The position numbers and the translations under genes are program-made. The notes below the pieces were generated by a model, which was not told the origin of the DNA, did not search any database, and saw nothing but the letters and a program-made list of their open reading frames with translations. Shown one piece after another: positions 38,705 to 53,338 of a stretch of DNA of 64,000 nucleotides. The DNA lies in NCBI RefSeq assembly GCF_006345805.1, contig NC_043011.1:61888464-61952463 (forward strand), written 5' to 3'. The stretch comes from Octopus sinensis. Lineage: Eukaryota. Within the stretch, counting starts at the first letter, position 1, and the number at the start of each line of letters is the position of its first letter.

Positions 38705-39979
38705 TATTTTCCACGAATTTCACTTATTTGGTCTTTATGGGGTTACCTCCCTTGCTTGTTGTTTTTCTTTATTTTTTTCCTTCTTAGTTTGTAACTGCTT
38801 CGTTAGATAATGTTATTCCATCGAAATATTCCGATTGATTGTATTACGTATTTATTTATTCTACACCATTTGCATTTAACAAAGCAGATGGCTCCATGGG
38901 GATTTTCCCTGTCACTAATATTGCTGTCTGTGTGTATATAATTATTCACATCCCACTCCCCATCCTTCACCCCTTTTGTATCGATCTTTTAGTAATTAAA
39001 AAAATCGGTTATTCGACTATAGTTCGAATGGATTAATACTCTGGAAACGAACAAAAAAAAAATCCCTTTGCTTGAGGGAAAATCTAATATTATTGCCAAA
39101 GTAAAGTTAATGCGAAACTTTTTGTGTATGACTTCCACTTAAATGAGTTTTATGGATGGTAAGGTGGGCAATAGGGTTATCTAATTTCGGGGTTAATGTT
39201 TTGAAGTCCAAATTCCGCTGGAAGAAATATCGCTAAAAGAAAAATCCGGTGATGCACTAAGCTATCAGATAATATCATTAGTTATTTTTCTCTACCTGGC
39301 ACGCCGCGTCATCATATGTCTGAAAATGTGTAAAATTAATTCAAATTCCAAAAGTAATAAATATAATTTACAGAGGAAGAATAAAACTACAAAAAAAAAA
39401 GAAAAAAAACGTGAAATGCTATCGTTTGACATGTTAGAAATAATAGTTGAATTCTTTCAAATCACACTCTATCATCATAAAAAAAAGATAGGCCACTCTG
39501 GACAATGTTTTATAAGTATAAAAAAGATGGGATGGCTACGCCTGGGGCGGCGTTGAACATGTATCATTTCAGTCAAAGATGGCCATAATCTTAGCAAGAA
39601 TACCTCATTATGGTGACTCGGCTTGCTAAAAACAGCAGCTAGCTTTCCTCAAATCTTCATTTACTAACTTATAAAAATGGAAAGACACTTTCAACTTTGT
39701 CTCCTAGATATACATTACAAAACAAATAAAAACCGTGAGAGTTACTGTTGGAAGTTCTTTGTTAATAAGTAGATCTGCTGAATTGGAGCTGACTCAGGGC
39801 TAAACAATATAATTAATAACAACTACTCAGGAATTTTTCCATTCCATACCACCCACAGCTAAACTTACCCGATACATCCCAACGTCTTTTGCACTGCGCC
39901 ACCCTTGTAGCGAAAGAACGGAAATAGAAGATGATCGCATTACTATTTCAAAATAGAGCCAACAATTTTTGAAGACATG

Positions 39980-40220
39980 AGAGAGAGCGGGGGAAGAGGG
40001 GAAGAGAGAGTGGAGAGAGGGAGAGTGGGAAGAAAGTGGGAGGGAGAGACGGGGAAAGGGGAGAGATAGAGTCGGGGGAAATAGGGAGAGGGGCAGAGAG
40101 ACAGAGACAGAAATTGGATGAGAGAGAGGAGGGGAAAAGAGAGAACAAGAAAAAGAGGGAGAGAGAAAAGAGAGAGAAAGAGAAGAGGGTGACGGAGAGA
40201 GAGAAAGAGCAAACAGAGAG
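39980..40220. repeat. purine-rich (GA/GGA) low-complexity tract
   Basis: Directly visible. Confidence 0.9.
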
Positions 40221-40819
40221 AATCATGAGTTTATCTCAGGTCAGCTTTGATCAAGCAAAGCTATGATCCAAAGACATTCCAGCCGTGACCATCACGATTT
40301 CCTTCACCCCACCCCCACATCAGATATAATTTATCTATGACTAGATCATCTAATGCGTCCTTCCATTTTTAAGACGAGGAAGTATGCTGTGAGATAAATT
40401 CGACTGCTACTTCTAGCAGATCGAACGATCAATAATGGCTTCTTCGTTGCGTTGACTTGCTGAGTGAAGTGAAACAGTGAAGACAAGTAGACTTAGAGCA
40501 CAATGCGTGCCTTCTTTAGTCAAACTGATAAGGTGCGGGTTGATGGATTTTGGCTGCGATTTCTAGCCGGGCCCGCGATCCCTTAGAACAGTGTTTCTCG
40601 TAGAGGCGGAGTAACCGGGGAAGACTAAAAGGGGATGGGGTGAGAGTAGGTTAACGTAATTAATAAAAAGAAAGGCAATTCTATATTTAAGAGATGAGGA
40701 GTTATGTACATTATTTACATTATTTACATTTGACGGATATTTGTCCTCATCTTGTTTATTTGATATACCCTCCAGCCTTCATCAGGTGTCTTGGGAAAAT
40801 TTCGAACCTGGGTTTTCGA

Positions 40820-40864
<45 letters not shown>

Positions 40865-41050
40865 GTCGTTGTTGTTGTTGTTGTTGTTCTTCTTCTTCTT
40901 CTTCTTCTTGTTCTTGTTGTTATTGTTATTGTTATTATTGTACATATTGTAGGTATGTAACATATATCTATGTATATATGCATATATTTATATTATTTAT
41001 ATTATTTATATTATTATATGATCGAACGCCACGCATCCGTTTTCAAGTAA

Positions 41051-41105
<55 letters not shown>

Positions 41106-41706
41106 TAGTGTGTGTGTGTGCCTAGCTCTAGATATATATGTATATTTGTGACCAATTTGTGAAGTACCATCGTACGAAATATTCCCGGCCTTTGAGTTGC
41201 TCTCTAACTTCTGCTGATTATTAATGAAATATATTTATACTCATGCTCTGAGATGTATTTTTCTGTTTGCATATATAGACGATGTCCTCCGAAGAGGAAA
41301 CACAACATCGATTAACATACTCACGTCTCAAATTATCGTGTTGTACCACGAACGAATATGTGCGTCATTGCTTTTGTTCTCGATGTCTTCCATGCACGTC
41401 GTCATTTACCATTTTATATACACTACCTCTACCCACCGTCTTCTTTCCATTATTCTGGTTCTTGTAACGTGTTCATCAATATAAGCTTAGTAATAGCATC
41501 TGCTATTCCCTTTCCTAACCGTAACCAGACGCATTGAGCCGTCTTACGCTATGTTCTATTTTGAAAGAAGTTGTAATTGTCAATATTGTTTCTCAATAAA
41601 CCTGAAGAAAACGGCTTTTTGTTTTTTGCATGATGTAACACTTTTGTTCATCAATAAGAACACGTTTGAAATTTCTGTAGTGAACCGCAACTCATCTGTG
41701 TCATTG

Positions 41707-41741
<35 letters not shown>

Positions 41742-41803
41742 TCTTTTATTCTTTTATATGTTTCAGCCTAAGGCTGTGACCATACTGGGGCATATATATG
41801 TAT

Positions 41804-41862
<59 letters not shown>

Positions 41863-42599
41863 ATATATATATATATATTAGAAGATATGAGGTAATCAGA
41901 AGATCGGATGGTTCATATTTATAGATATTTATTTATATATTACATTTTTTACATATATATATCATATCATTCAGATCATATCATTCAGATCATATCATTC
42001 AGATTATTAGCGCTTTCTCCCATTCTAGTGGGGTTTTCACACATACCTATATGTATGTAAAACTGCATATATTTATATATTATTTATATTGTTATATGAT
42101 CGAACACCACGCATCCTTTTCCAAGTAAGTTTTATCTTAACAATTATGATGCGCACTCTTTAACTTTTACTAATTCTCCTCTGTCTATCTCTCTCCCTCT
42201 CTTGTTCTTCATCTTTTCTGGTTTTCTCTCCCACCCTTCCTTATTCTTCTACTCTCCCCTTCGCCGTTCCCTCTCTCCTCCTCTTCGTCTCTCTTATCAC
42301 AGACACGTAACCAGAGGGAAGCCATCTTTCCAATTGCTATCTTCACCGAGACAAGACGGCTTATCCTGTCCCTCTCATAAGCTGTCTCCTTAATGCGTTC
42401 AAAATAATTTTCCCATCGTCTTGACTTAACAAACCTCATCGTTTGTTTTTACTGTGTTATTCTCTTTGTTCTGTCTTTTACTGTTTTTACTTTTTTATTA
42501 TTTTTACTGTCTTGTTTTGTTCTTACTGTCCTGTTCTTGTTACCACTTTTACCCCTCCGCAAAAAAACCCAAATTTTATTTAATTTACTTTGCGGGAAG

Positions 42600-42778
42600 G
42601 ACCGTTTCAATGAAGTCGCGTCTTGTCCTTACCTTCGAAACGCGAAGTAGACGAAACAGAGACAACTGAAGAAGGGGAATATTCCTTGTGTTGTATGTCT
42701 TGTACTCTGTGTTTTTCGTTGTTTGAAAAAAAATTCGTTTCCATGTTTTCGTTTCTCATTGTGTTTTATCTTAATAAT

Positions 42779-42780
<2 letters not shown>
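42600..42780 (+). mobile_element. PLE-like fragment F4
   Basis: CCTTCGAAACGCG...CTGAAGAAGGGG then a T-rich tail into (TA)n. Confidence 0.6.
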
Positions 42781-42827
<47 letters not shown>

Positions 42828-42832
<5 letters not shown>

Positions 42833-43298
42833 GTTTATACTTGGTAGTCCGCTGGTAAAGCACGATCACTTTCACAGTGTTCGTTATGAATTTGTTAATG
42901 AGAAATGGATGATGGAAGATAGGAGAATTTTTATTAATAGATAACCGAGATATTCTTTACTTTAAGATCATGACGATGATGATGATGACTTATTTTAATG
43001 CATTACACGTTGCCAGATGACTGCATTGCACGTTTTAAATCGGATGTGTTGAATTGAGATTCCATTGCTGACACCAAACTGCGTTGCATTTATATTATCC
43101 ATGCAAAGGAAGGATGGATTGTCAGAGACCGGAGTCTTATGGTATTTAATTAATAACAGAAATCAGTGATTGGTTTTTCGAATACGTTTAATGACACGCA
43201 CCTTTCAGGTGATTACGTAATGTGTTGTTACGCAGATACCCAATCTCCTCGGCCTTTTCGAGTAAAATGTATTCGAAATACCGTTAATTGGTTTTTGT

Positions 43299-43336
<38 letters not shown>

Positions 43337-43748
43337 ATATTTATATATATATGTATATATATATATACATAAGAATTTTTTGCGTAATGAAATAAAAAAA
43401 CCAAGGCTGTGTAGTTATTAGAACATTTATAGATAGAAGGTCTTACAGCTGTTTGTAAGATATTAATTAATAATATCCCTTCATCGGAGACGGTGTGAGA
43501 GGAAAAATTAAGTCATAGTTAGTTTCGATGTGATACAAATAGAGAGTGAGGTGGAGGAAAGAAAATAGATGTAAGATATGTATGGGTATTGAGTTCATAA
43601 ATCTGTTTTATAGGCATAATGGTATATATGTGTATTATTCCAATATCCTTTGAGTAGAATCCAAAAGTCCAACAGAGTTTAATATGAGTCCATCCAAATA
43701 TAGAGTTTATAAGCAATGTAAGGTCCTCTACATATATATATATATTAT

Positions 43749-43794
<46 letters not shown>

Positions 43795-44262
43795 GTTTAT
43801 ACTTGGTAGTCCGCTGGTAAAGCACGATCACTTTCACAGTGTTCGTTATGAATTTGTTAATGAGAAATGGATGATGGAAGATAGGAGAATTTTTATTAAT
43901 AGATAACCGAGATATTCTTTACTTAAGATCATGACGATGATGATGATGACTTATTTTAATGCATTACACGTTGCCAGATGACTGCATTGCACGTTTTAAA
44001 TCGGATGTGTTGAATTGAGATTCCATTGCTGACACCAAACTGCGTTGCATTTATATTATCCATGCAAAGGAAGGATGGATTGTCAGAGACCGGAGTCTTA
44101 TGGTATTTAATTAATAACAGAAATCAGTGATTGGTTTTTCGAATACGTTTAATGACACGCACCTTTCAGGTGATTACGTAATGTGTTGTTACGCAGATAC
44201 CCAATCTCCTCGGCCTTTTCGAGTAAAATGTATTCGAAATACCGTTAATTGGTTTTTGTTAT

Positions 44263-44295
<33 letters not shown>

Positions 44296-44690
44296 ATATT
44301 TATATATATATATGTATATATATATATACATAAGAATTTTTTGCGTAATGAAATAAAAAAACCAAGGCTGTGTAGTTATTAGAACATTTATAGATAGAAG
44401 GTCTTACAGCTGTTTGTAAGATATTAATTAATAATATCCCTTCATCGGAGACGGTGTGAGAGGAAAAATTAAGTCATAGTTAGTTTCGATGTGATACAAA
44501 TAGAGAGTGAGGTGGAGGAAAGAAAATAGATGTAAGATATGTATGGGTATTGAGTTCATAAATCTGTTTTATAGGCATAATGGTATATATGTGTATTATT
44601 CCAATATCCTTTGAGTAGAATCCAAAAGTCCAACAGAGTTTAATATGAGTCCATCCAAATATAGAGTTTATAAGCAATGTAAGGTCCTCT
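42828..44690 (+). repeat. near-identical tandem duplication, unit about 961 bp (42828-43729, 43790-44690)
   Basis: Copies differ only in homopolymer or microsatellite lengths as far as read; junctions lie in (TA)n. Confidence 0.95.
43440..43491 (-). ncRNA. degenerate minimal hammerhead motif, family F3 (duplicate at 44401-44452)
   Basis: rc GUCU-CCGAUGA-A-GGGAUAUU..AAUAUCUU-A-CAAA-CAGCUG-UA-AGAC; stems present, U4 and G12 altered. Confidence 0.5.
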
Positions 44691-44745
<55 letters not shown>

Positions 44746-44748
<3 letters not shown>

Positions 44749-45030
44749 CTGAGCACTCCAAAGACACGTGTACCCATAACGTAGTTCTCGGGGAGATTCA
44801 GTGTGACACAGTGTGTGGCAAGGCTGGCCCTTTGAAATACAGGTACAACAGAAACAGGAAAAAAGAGTGAGAGAAAGTTGTGGTGAAAGAATACAACAGG
44901 GTTCGCTACTACCCTCTGCCGTAGCCTTGTGGAGCTTTAGGTGTTTTCGCTCAATAAACACTCACAACGCCTTACCTAGGAATCGAAACCGCGAGTCCAC
45001 TGCCCTACCCACAGGGCCATTGTGCCTCCA
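44746..45030 (-). mobile_element. SINE family C, 3'-truncated
   Basis: Matches 17288-17590. Confidence 0.88.
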
Positions 45031-45164
45031 TTTGAATATATACACATATACACTCACACAAGTATACATCCACATAATTAAACAATTTTATTTGAATTTG
45101 ATGGCTATGGTCCCACCTCTTCATTGGGCTCGTGTTTTAACAAGGGGAGACACAGCCGCTTTAT

Positions 45165-45744
45165 TAAAAATGGGTAGAGGTAGACCCAGGAAGACATGGT
45201 ATGAGGTGGTGAAGTGTGACCTTCGAACGTTGGGCTTCATAGAAGTAATGAGAAAAGACCGAGACCTCTGGAAATATGCTGTAACCAGCCCCAGGCCACT
45301 CAAAAGTACCTTGGATGGTAGGGCGACATGCTGTGCATGTAGAGACCTATTGAGTCGAGTGCATCAAAATGAAAATCAAATGGAAATTGTAGTTGTGATC
45401 CCCATGCCGGTGGCATGTAAAAAGCGCCATCTGAACGTGGCCGATGCCAGCGCTGCCTCAACTGGCTTTTGTGCCGCTGGCACATAAAAAGCACCAACCA
45501 ATCGTGGTCGTTGCCAGCCTCCTCTGGAACCCTGTGCTGGTGGCACGTAAAAAGTACCCACTACACTCTTGGAGTGGTTGGCGTTAGGAAGGGCATCCAG
45601 CTGTAGAATCACTGCCAAATCAGATTGGAGCCTGGTGCAGCCTCCTGGTGCAGCCTCCTGGTGCAGCCTCCTGGTGCAGCCTCCTGGCTTCCCAGATCCC
45701 AGTCGAACCCTCCAACCCATGCCAGCATGGAAAACGGACGTTAA

Positions 45745-45816
<72 letters not shown>
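45165..45816 (+). mobile_element. RTE-clade LINE 3' end with (GAT)n tail
   Basis: GRGRPRKTW.EVV..DL..LG....DRDLW..AV C-terminal motif; 3' UTR with 13-bp CCTGGTGCAGCCT x4; (GAT)n tail. Confidence 0.85.
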
Positions 45817-45818
<2 letters not shown>

Positions 45819-46042
45819 AAGAAAAACGATAAAGCTGCTTCTTAATTATTTGCTGTACAAGTTATCTCCATAACTTAATGTGAAAACCCGCATTGGATTT
45901 GGTTCAACGAAACACACGCACACACACACACACACATTTACACACACACACAACACACACACACACACACAACACATTTACACACACACAACACATTTAC
46001 ACACACACAACACATTTACACACACACACACACACACAACAC

Positions 46043-46080
<38 letters not shown>

Positions 46081-46527
46081 CACATTTACACACACACACA
46101 CACAGGATTATTTATGACTATATTCTGTTTGCACACATAAATAATCTTGCAAGTGTCTCTTATCAAGCAACTTCGTCTCGCCTTACCATTTGTCATGTTA
46201 TAAACCGACAACTCCTCTTCCATCCTCCTCCTCTTCCAATCCCTTCACAAATGCTCGTCTGATTCCTCATTTCATTCGCTTCATCAAACTCTGCTCTTTG
46301 TTTCTTTCCTCTTTAATTTACATCAAATTTTCATCATCCTTTCCACACAATTTCACCTTCATCTTATCTCCCTCCTCCTCCTCCGACAACCATTAATTCC
46401 CTTGCCGTTTCACTTACATCGTTTAACTTTTACATCATCTCGCCCACTCACTCATTCACTCTATCTATCTATCTACCTAGCTCTATATATATATCTTACC
46501 TGACTGCCTGTCTGTCTATGTATCTCC

Positions 46528-47063
<536 letters not shown>

Positions 47064-47129
47064 CTATCTTATTCCTACCTGTTTGTCTGTGTATTCTATC
47101 TATCCCTCAATTAATCTATTCCCATTCTG

Positions 47130-47196
<67 letters not shown>

Positions 47197-50100
47197 GTCA
47201 CTCTCTCTCTATCTATCTGTCTATCTACCTACCTACCTACTTACTGGTCTGTCTGTCTGTATGCATGTATGTATGTCTCTTACTAGTTCTCGTGTTATCT
47301 TCTTTTCTCTTCTTTCCATCTCTCTCTCTCACTCTTCTCTCTCTTCTCACTTTCTTGCTCTCTTAATTTCCCGATTTCTCTCTTTCTTCCCCTCTCCTTT
47401 ATCCTTCTCTCTCCCTCTCCCTCTCCCCCTCACGACTTCTCGCCTTTCCCTCCTACTTATATCTCTCACCTCCTCCTCACCTCTATACATTTCTTCCCTC
47501 TTCATCCTACCCCTCCACCCACACACCATCCATAAATCCATCAGTGTCTGGAACACTCCATCACTTATCTTCCACTCAGCTTTCTGATATCCCCGTATAG
47601 ACTGACGACCCTTTTTTACTCCCCTCCGCCTTCGCTAATACGCCTGCCAACGACAGCAATGCCATTTACCAACCTCAAACTGTTTGGAAGCCAACGAGAA
47701 AGCCTTTGCATTGTAGACCAAGCTGCAAGAAATAGTAGCCTTGTTTAGTCCTCAATTTATTATAGGACCGAGAGTGAGAGAGGGTGGAGAAGGCGAGAGA
47801 GAAAGAGGGGCGTGGAGAAAGCGGGAGAGGGAGAGAGAAATAGAAAGAAAGAGAGAGGGAGAGAAGGGATGAGAAAGAGAGAGGTAGCTGGAATGTAAGG
47901 GGAAGAAGTGGTGAAAAGAGAAACTTGTAAGAGACAGACAGACAGACAGACAGACAGATAGACAGATAGACAGATAGACAGATAGATAGATAGATAGATA
48001 GATAAGAGACGAACATATAGACAGACAGAGATATAGAGATATTTTAGTTTTTGTATTTGTTTATTGTTGCGAAGTTGTGTCTTGAAACAGATTTTTTTAT
48101 TTCCTTGGTAGGGTCGTTTTTCCTATAGGAATCACACGCACTGCTTCTATTTCATTTCTTTTTATTGTCTTTTGCAAATAGTTAACAAAAAGGGTACGGA
48201 GGACGTGTCATTAGTGAGGTTCCGAATAGCGACGAAAGGTCTCTGGCAAACTCTGACAAATTGATTGATGGTTAATTGATTAATTAGTTAACTTTTTGAT
48301 TGATAATAATTTTCAGTAATGAAATAGAAGCAATGCCTGTGTTTCTTGTGATCAAAATGGCTATCCTAATATCCGATAGTATTGTTATCAATACAAATTG
48401 TGTCGGAATAAAAGATAGGATTGTGACAATTGGAACGTCTTCGACCATAGTCTTGCCTATGATCAGAACGGAAGACGGTTGACTAGATTACGAACAAGGT
48501 ACGGTTGCCACAGCTGAGATATCTTTGATCATAGCGTTGCCTACAATCAACGTCGAACAGGGGCAACAAGACTATGCTTGAATATAAATCAGGATTGCCG
48601 TAAATAGGACATTTTTGACCATAGGCTGAACAAGACTGAGAAAACTGATTGAGTAAAGGGTAAGATTGCTACATCTGCAACAATTTTGATCACGGGCTTC
48701 ACTACGATTACGGTTGAACAGAGTTAACTAAATTGTGGCTGATTAAATGAAAACAGTATTGTCACACGTGGGACATCATAAGCAGACCTATAATCAGAGC
48801 TGGACAGGACTGATTTGGTTGTGGTGGGAGCAATAAGAATCGGCTAACGGTCTGGGTCTTTTATCTATTTGTTGCTGCAGAGATCTGCTATAGGACGTGG
48901 GCCATTTTTGTCTTTTTAACTAAAGAACCGCAGTTACGCATTATGAAGTATGCCGACGCATTCTGAAATATCGTCTTCAGTATGTTGTGTCCTAACTACT
49001 GAAGAAACTTCGAAGTCACTGTCTATAATACTAGATTGCATAGACTAATTTAATAACTGTTTTCTTTTAGTAAAAGTTACAAACTCATAACTAGTTACGT
49101 AGCAGCTTTCTCATTCCTAGTATAGCTATTGAAAGTTTCTTGGCTCCACGTCGCCGACGTCGTGCAAGGAAGAAGCCTGGACGACTACAGCTTGCTATCC
49201 GCGTTGTAACAGACGAATTCAGAGCAAATACCGCAAAGTAATTTAAGGTTTTAACCTCGGACGAATATATTATTTCGTTGAATCCAGATGGCTGAAAGGC
49301 GAAAGTGATCTTGAGAAAAATTTGCAGTCAAAATGCAAATAAGCAGAACAATTAGTGCAACACAATTTGGTGGAAGTTAATTAACAACAACAAGAACAAA
49401 AAAACAACTTTCGGATACATGGATTCGTATACATACGTACAAACATTGACACTCATAAAATTCAGCTAATTTCCTTTACCTTCCATCTGTTACAAGATAA
49501 GAAATGTAAATATGAATAGGTGTTGGATGGTTTCCCGAATAATTAAGCGCAGAAAATACTTTATGCTGTTATGTATAGTAAAATAACACTGCGTATTTAA
49601 ACATGGGTTCGCTTAAGTCGCAACTCAGAGTTTCTCGTTCCCGATTTTCAGGCGACTAGCTATCGGGCAATTAAAAGCTTGTTTATATACAAGTTAATGG
49701 GATAGTATTTTGATCTGCTGAGATAAATATTTATCGATTTTATGAACTAAAGCTGTACAATCTCTATTTGGAAGGACGTCACACCTAAGCATTCCAAATG
49801 AGAATGATTCATTGGATAATGTAATCCTAGCTGCATTGTTTAAAATTAAGTATGGATGGGCATGGCTGAAAATGCTTTTATCATAATTGTGTGATCATCT
49901 GAGAGATATTTAGCGTGCTGTCAGGACCGGTTATTTCTGCAAATGTCCAAAGTAACAATATATTATAACTAGAGAGAGAAAGAGAAAGAGAGAGACTCAT
50001 CAGAGTCGTTGAACCAGCTAGAAATATCAGCCTAGTTCCCCCTTCATGTCACATTCGATGATATAGTCTTTCTGCATTGATTATCTGAAAATAAAATATA

Positions 50101-50411
50101 GTGTCATGGCTGAAACGATTTGGTTATATCTGGCCTGCCTGTGGTTAAACAACAGCACCAACGGCTTCGTTCGATGTTTATGCGAGAATTAACTCAAGGA
50201 ATAGAAAGAAACAAGTAAATGACTAATACTGATTTCCTAAATGACAAGCGAAAGGTATATGGTTCGAATCCGGTTACTGGGTCTTTATTTTCTTATATAT
50301 ATATTTATTTATTTTATTTTTGGATTTCCTTACAATTCTTTTCTTATTTATATTTGCATATATATGTATGAATGTATGTATATGTGCGTATAAAAGTACA
50401 TATACTTATAA

Positions 50412-50580
50412 GCAGAGCTGGGCGTAAGTCCGTTAATCCGTTAATTAACATTTTCGTTAACGATTTAACTTTTAAGTTAACTTTGAAAATCCTTATCGGA
50501 CTAATTAACTTCCGTTACATTTAGCTTCCGTTAACTCAAGTCCGTTAATCCCCAAAATTTCATAAAAACCGGTAAACGTT
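50412..50580 (+). mobile_element. hAT-like terminal fragment
   Basis: CAGAGCTGGGC start followed by many CCGTTAA/GTTAAC subterminal motifs; partner end not found. Confidence 0.5.
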
Positions 50581-51855
50581 TAAAAATTTCTATTGTTTTC
50601 AGATTGTCTTAGCATATTTAATATTATGCGCGTCATTCTTTCAAGCCCGATATAACGTCGTTTGTTATTATAGATAACTTGTGGGACCGCGTTTGGCCCT
50701 GCCTGGATTTGAAACCATTTGCACCCGCTTGTTGCTTGTAAAGACAGCGAGAAATGTCTTTGTCCTGTCAAGAGAGAACAGTGATTGATGTGTTTCCACC
50801 TTATTTGTGACCACGCTGAAGTGGATGTCAACAAGAGAGAATATTGACTTCCATAAAGTGGAAAAAATAAATGGAAGGGAAAAGTTGGTAAATATTTCGG
50901 TGTGAACGCAAATAGCTGTTACGTTGTAGCAGGGCATGCTAGAAATAGCAGCCAAATCTTTCCTTTCCTAGAAAAAGGAGCCGTCTACGCGTGATTTCGG
51001 TGTCACATTCGTTGAAAGTATTCGAAATAACCTGGAAAAGAAAAAAGAGCCACGAAACAAAACTCCCTTGGTGGGAAATTTCGAGGTCCCCACCACCCCT
51101 CCAACCTTTCTTCTCCGGAAAAAAGTGGCTTGCAGCGGGTTTGGAGGTCAGATACGTTGAATGCACCAGCAAAAAAAACTAAGAGAGAAAAACTATTCCA
51201 CGAAGTATTTACCGAAAGAATAACATTTTTTACATATAGTGTATTAAAAAAAGCACAATACATCTCAGAGCTAGGCGAAACGAAATCGACCGAAAAGCGA
51301 ACAAAAGAACTGTAGATACGTATTTCGCTGTTAATTTCAGCTTATCAACGCCGTGCACTCGAGTCTCTTCTGAAACGAAATCGGAATCTCTAGTCTGAAG
51401 AATGACACGCTGAAAGGAAATGCATAGCCTCTTTTATGCTGCAAGATTGGTTTGGTAGTGGTAAAAAGACGGAGCAAGATTTTAAGGAAAAATTTTATTT
51501 GGGAGAATTGTGCGAGCTGGGTACGCATCGTTTTCTGGTTCAAATACGGACATGATCACGTCGTCAAAACTAATTTTCGCTCTAGAGGGCAGTATTCGAG
51601 AATTTCACTTTTCGTGTTCAGAAAAGCGATCAGATTATGTGAATATTTTAGACCAGTTTTCTTCTCTAACAACCACATTGTTACTAATATTCAATGCAAT
51701 TTTGGTTCTAAACATCAAAACAAGCCGATTGCATACGTAGGCAGGTGTATGTGTACATATATATATGTATATGTATGTATATATATGTACAAATATACAT
51801 ATATATATATAGTGTGCATATGTTATATATATATATAATATATTTTGTATATATA

Positions 51856-51910
<55 letters not shown>

Positions 51911-52479
51911 TATAATATACTAATATATAGATATATGTTATATACATATATATACTATGTGATATATATACATTTATCATTACTGTATGTGTGTGTGTGT
52001 GTATTAGGTACGAAATTGCGGTTGACTCTGGTCGACGTTGATAAGGAGCTGGAAACCATCTGTGTCTGTTTCTCATTTATTTATACATTTAACATATTGT
52101 TAACTACTATACATACACACATACATACATACATACATAAATACATACATACATACATATATGTGTATATATATATATATAGATATATATATATATATAA
52201 TATATATACATATATATATATATGTATGTATATATATTTAATCATAGATACACACACGTACAAGTACATACATTCGTTATAATTATTTTATTGATCTCCA
52301 AGGAATAATATGACTCTTAAAACTGTCTCAGTGAATGTAGAGAAAAACCACGCAATTTTATACACATTCGTATCGCATACTCTCTTATGACACCGAACAT
52401 CGTTGGTATTTGTTTCCATTCACATTTTATTGTATTCCCTCTAGAACTTAGCTGACGTCATGTGCGTTTAATGGTATTA

Positions 52480-52524
<45 letters not shown>

Positions 52525-53084
52525 CATATGGAGGGCAGAGGGAAATATGTAAGATAGGCAGGTAGGTAGGTAGATAGGTAGGTAGGTAGGTACTTACGTA
52601 CGTACCTATGTGCGCACATGAGTACTTACGTAAGTGGGTAAGTTTCTAAGTGTTTCATAACCATGAACTCGATACTCGTTACTTTCGCCAGCTGGAGGCA
52701 CATGAGTTCTCCATAAAACCTTCAGGTTATTACGCAAATATTGTTGTTGGTATCGCTCGAGACGCTGGACTTGCCTACAGAACCCCAAGCGCGCTCATGG
52801 AGGCGACCCTCTCCCACACATGTAATACCCAACATGTTTTCTCTCGTGTACCTTGTGCAGCAGTGTGTGGGGGTCAGCCAGTAGACTCACTCGGCGTTAT
52901 AAGTTCTAACATCCAGATGGCCGGGCTGTTGCAGGACTTGTGGTCGGTGTGGATAGTGACTTAAAGGGTCCCTTGCTGACCTTAGGAGACATTCGGGGAT
53001 GAGGAAACCCACCGAGCGATGTCTCTTAAAGTGAAATGGGTCTTAGAGGTGGTCTTATTCGGTCTGAGTTGACTTCTACCATGT

Positions 53085-53294
53085 ATGTTTCATTTTATTT
53101 GACTGCGGCCAAGCTGGAGCACCGCCTTTAGTCGAACAAATCGACCCCAGGACTTCTTCTTTGTAACCCTAGTACTTATTCTATCCGTTTCTTTTGTCGA
53201 ACCGCTAAGTTACGGGGACGTAAACACACCAACATCGGTTGTCAAGTGATGGTGGCGGACAAACACAGACGCACAAATACACACACACACACAT

Positions 53295-53338
<44 letters not shown>

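Noticed and set aside
41282-41467. 61-aa Cys-rich ORF with a hydrophobic tail (GPI-anchor-like)
   Set aside because: No signal peptide or recognisable family; alternative frames are equally open
44813-45487. 224-aa ORF
   Set aside because: Chance read-through from antisense SINE C into an RTE C-terminus and UTR
52690-53080. GC-richer segment with a 104-aa ORF
   Set aside because: No motif recognised; possibly an old retroelement fragment, but unsupported
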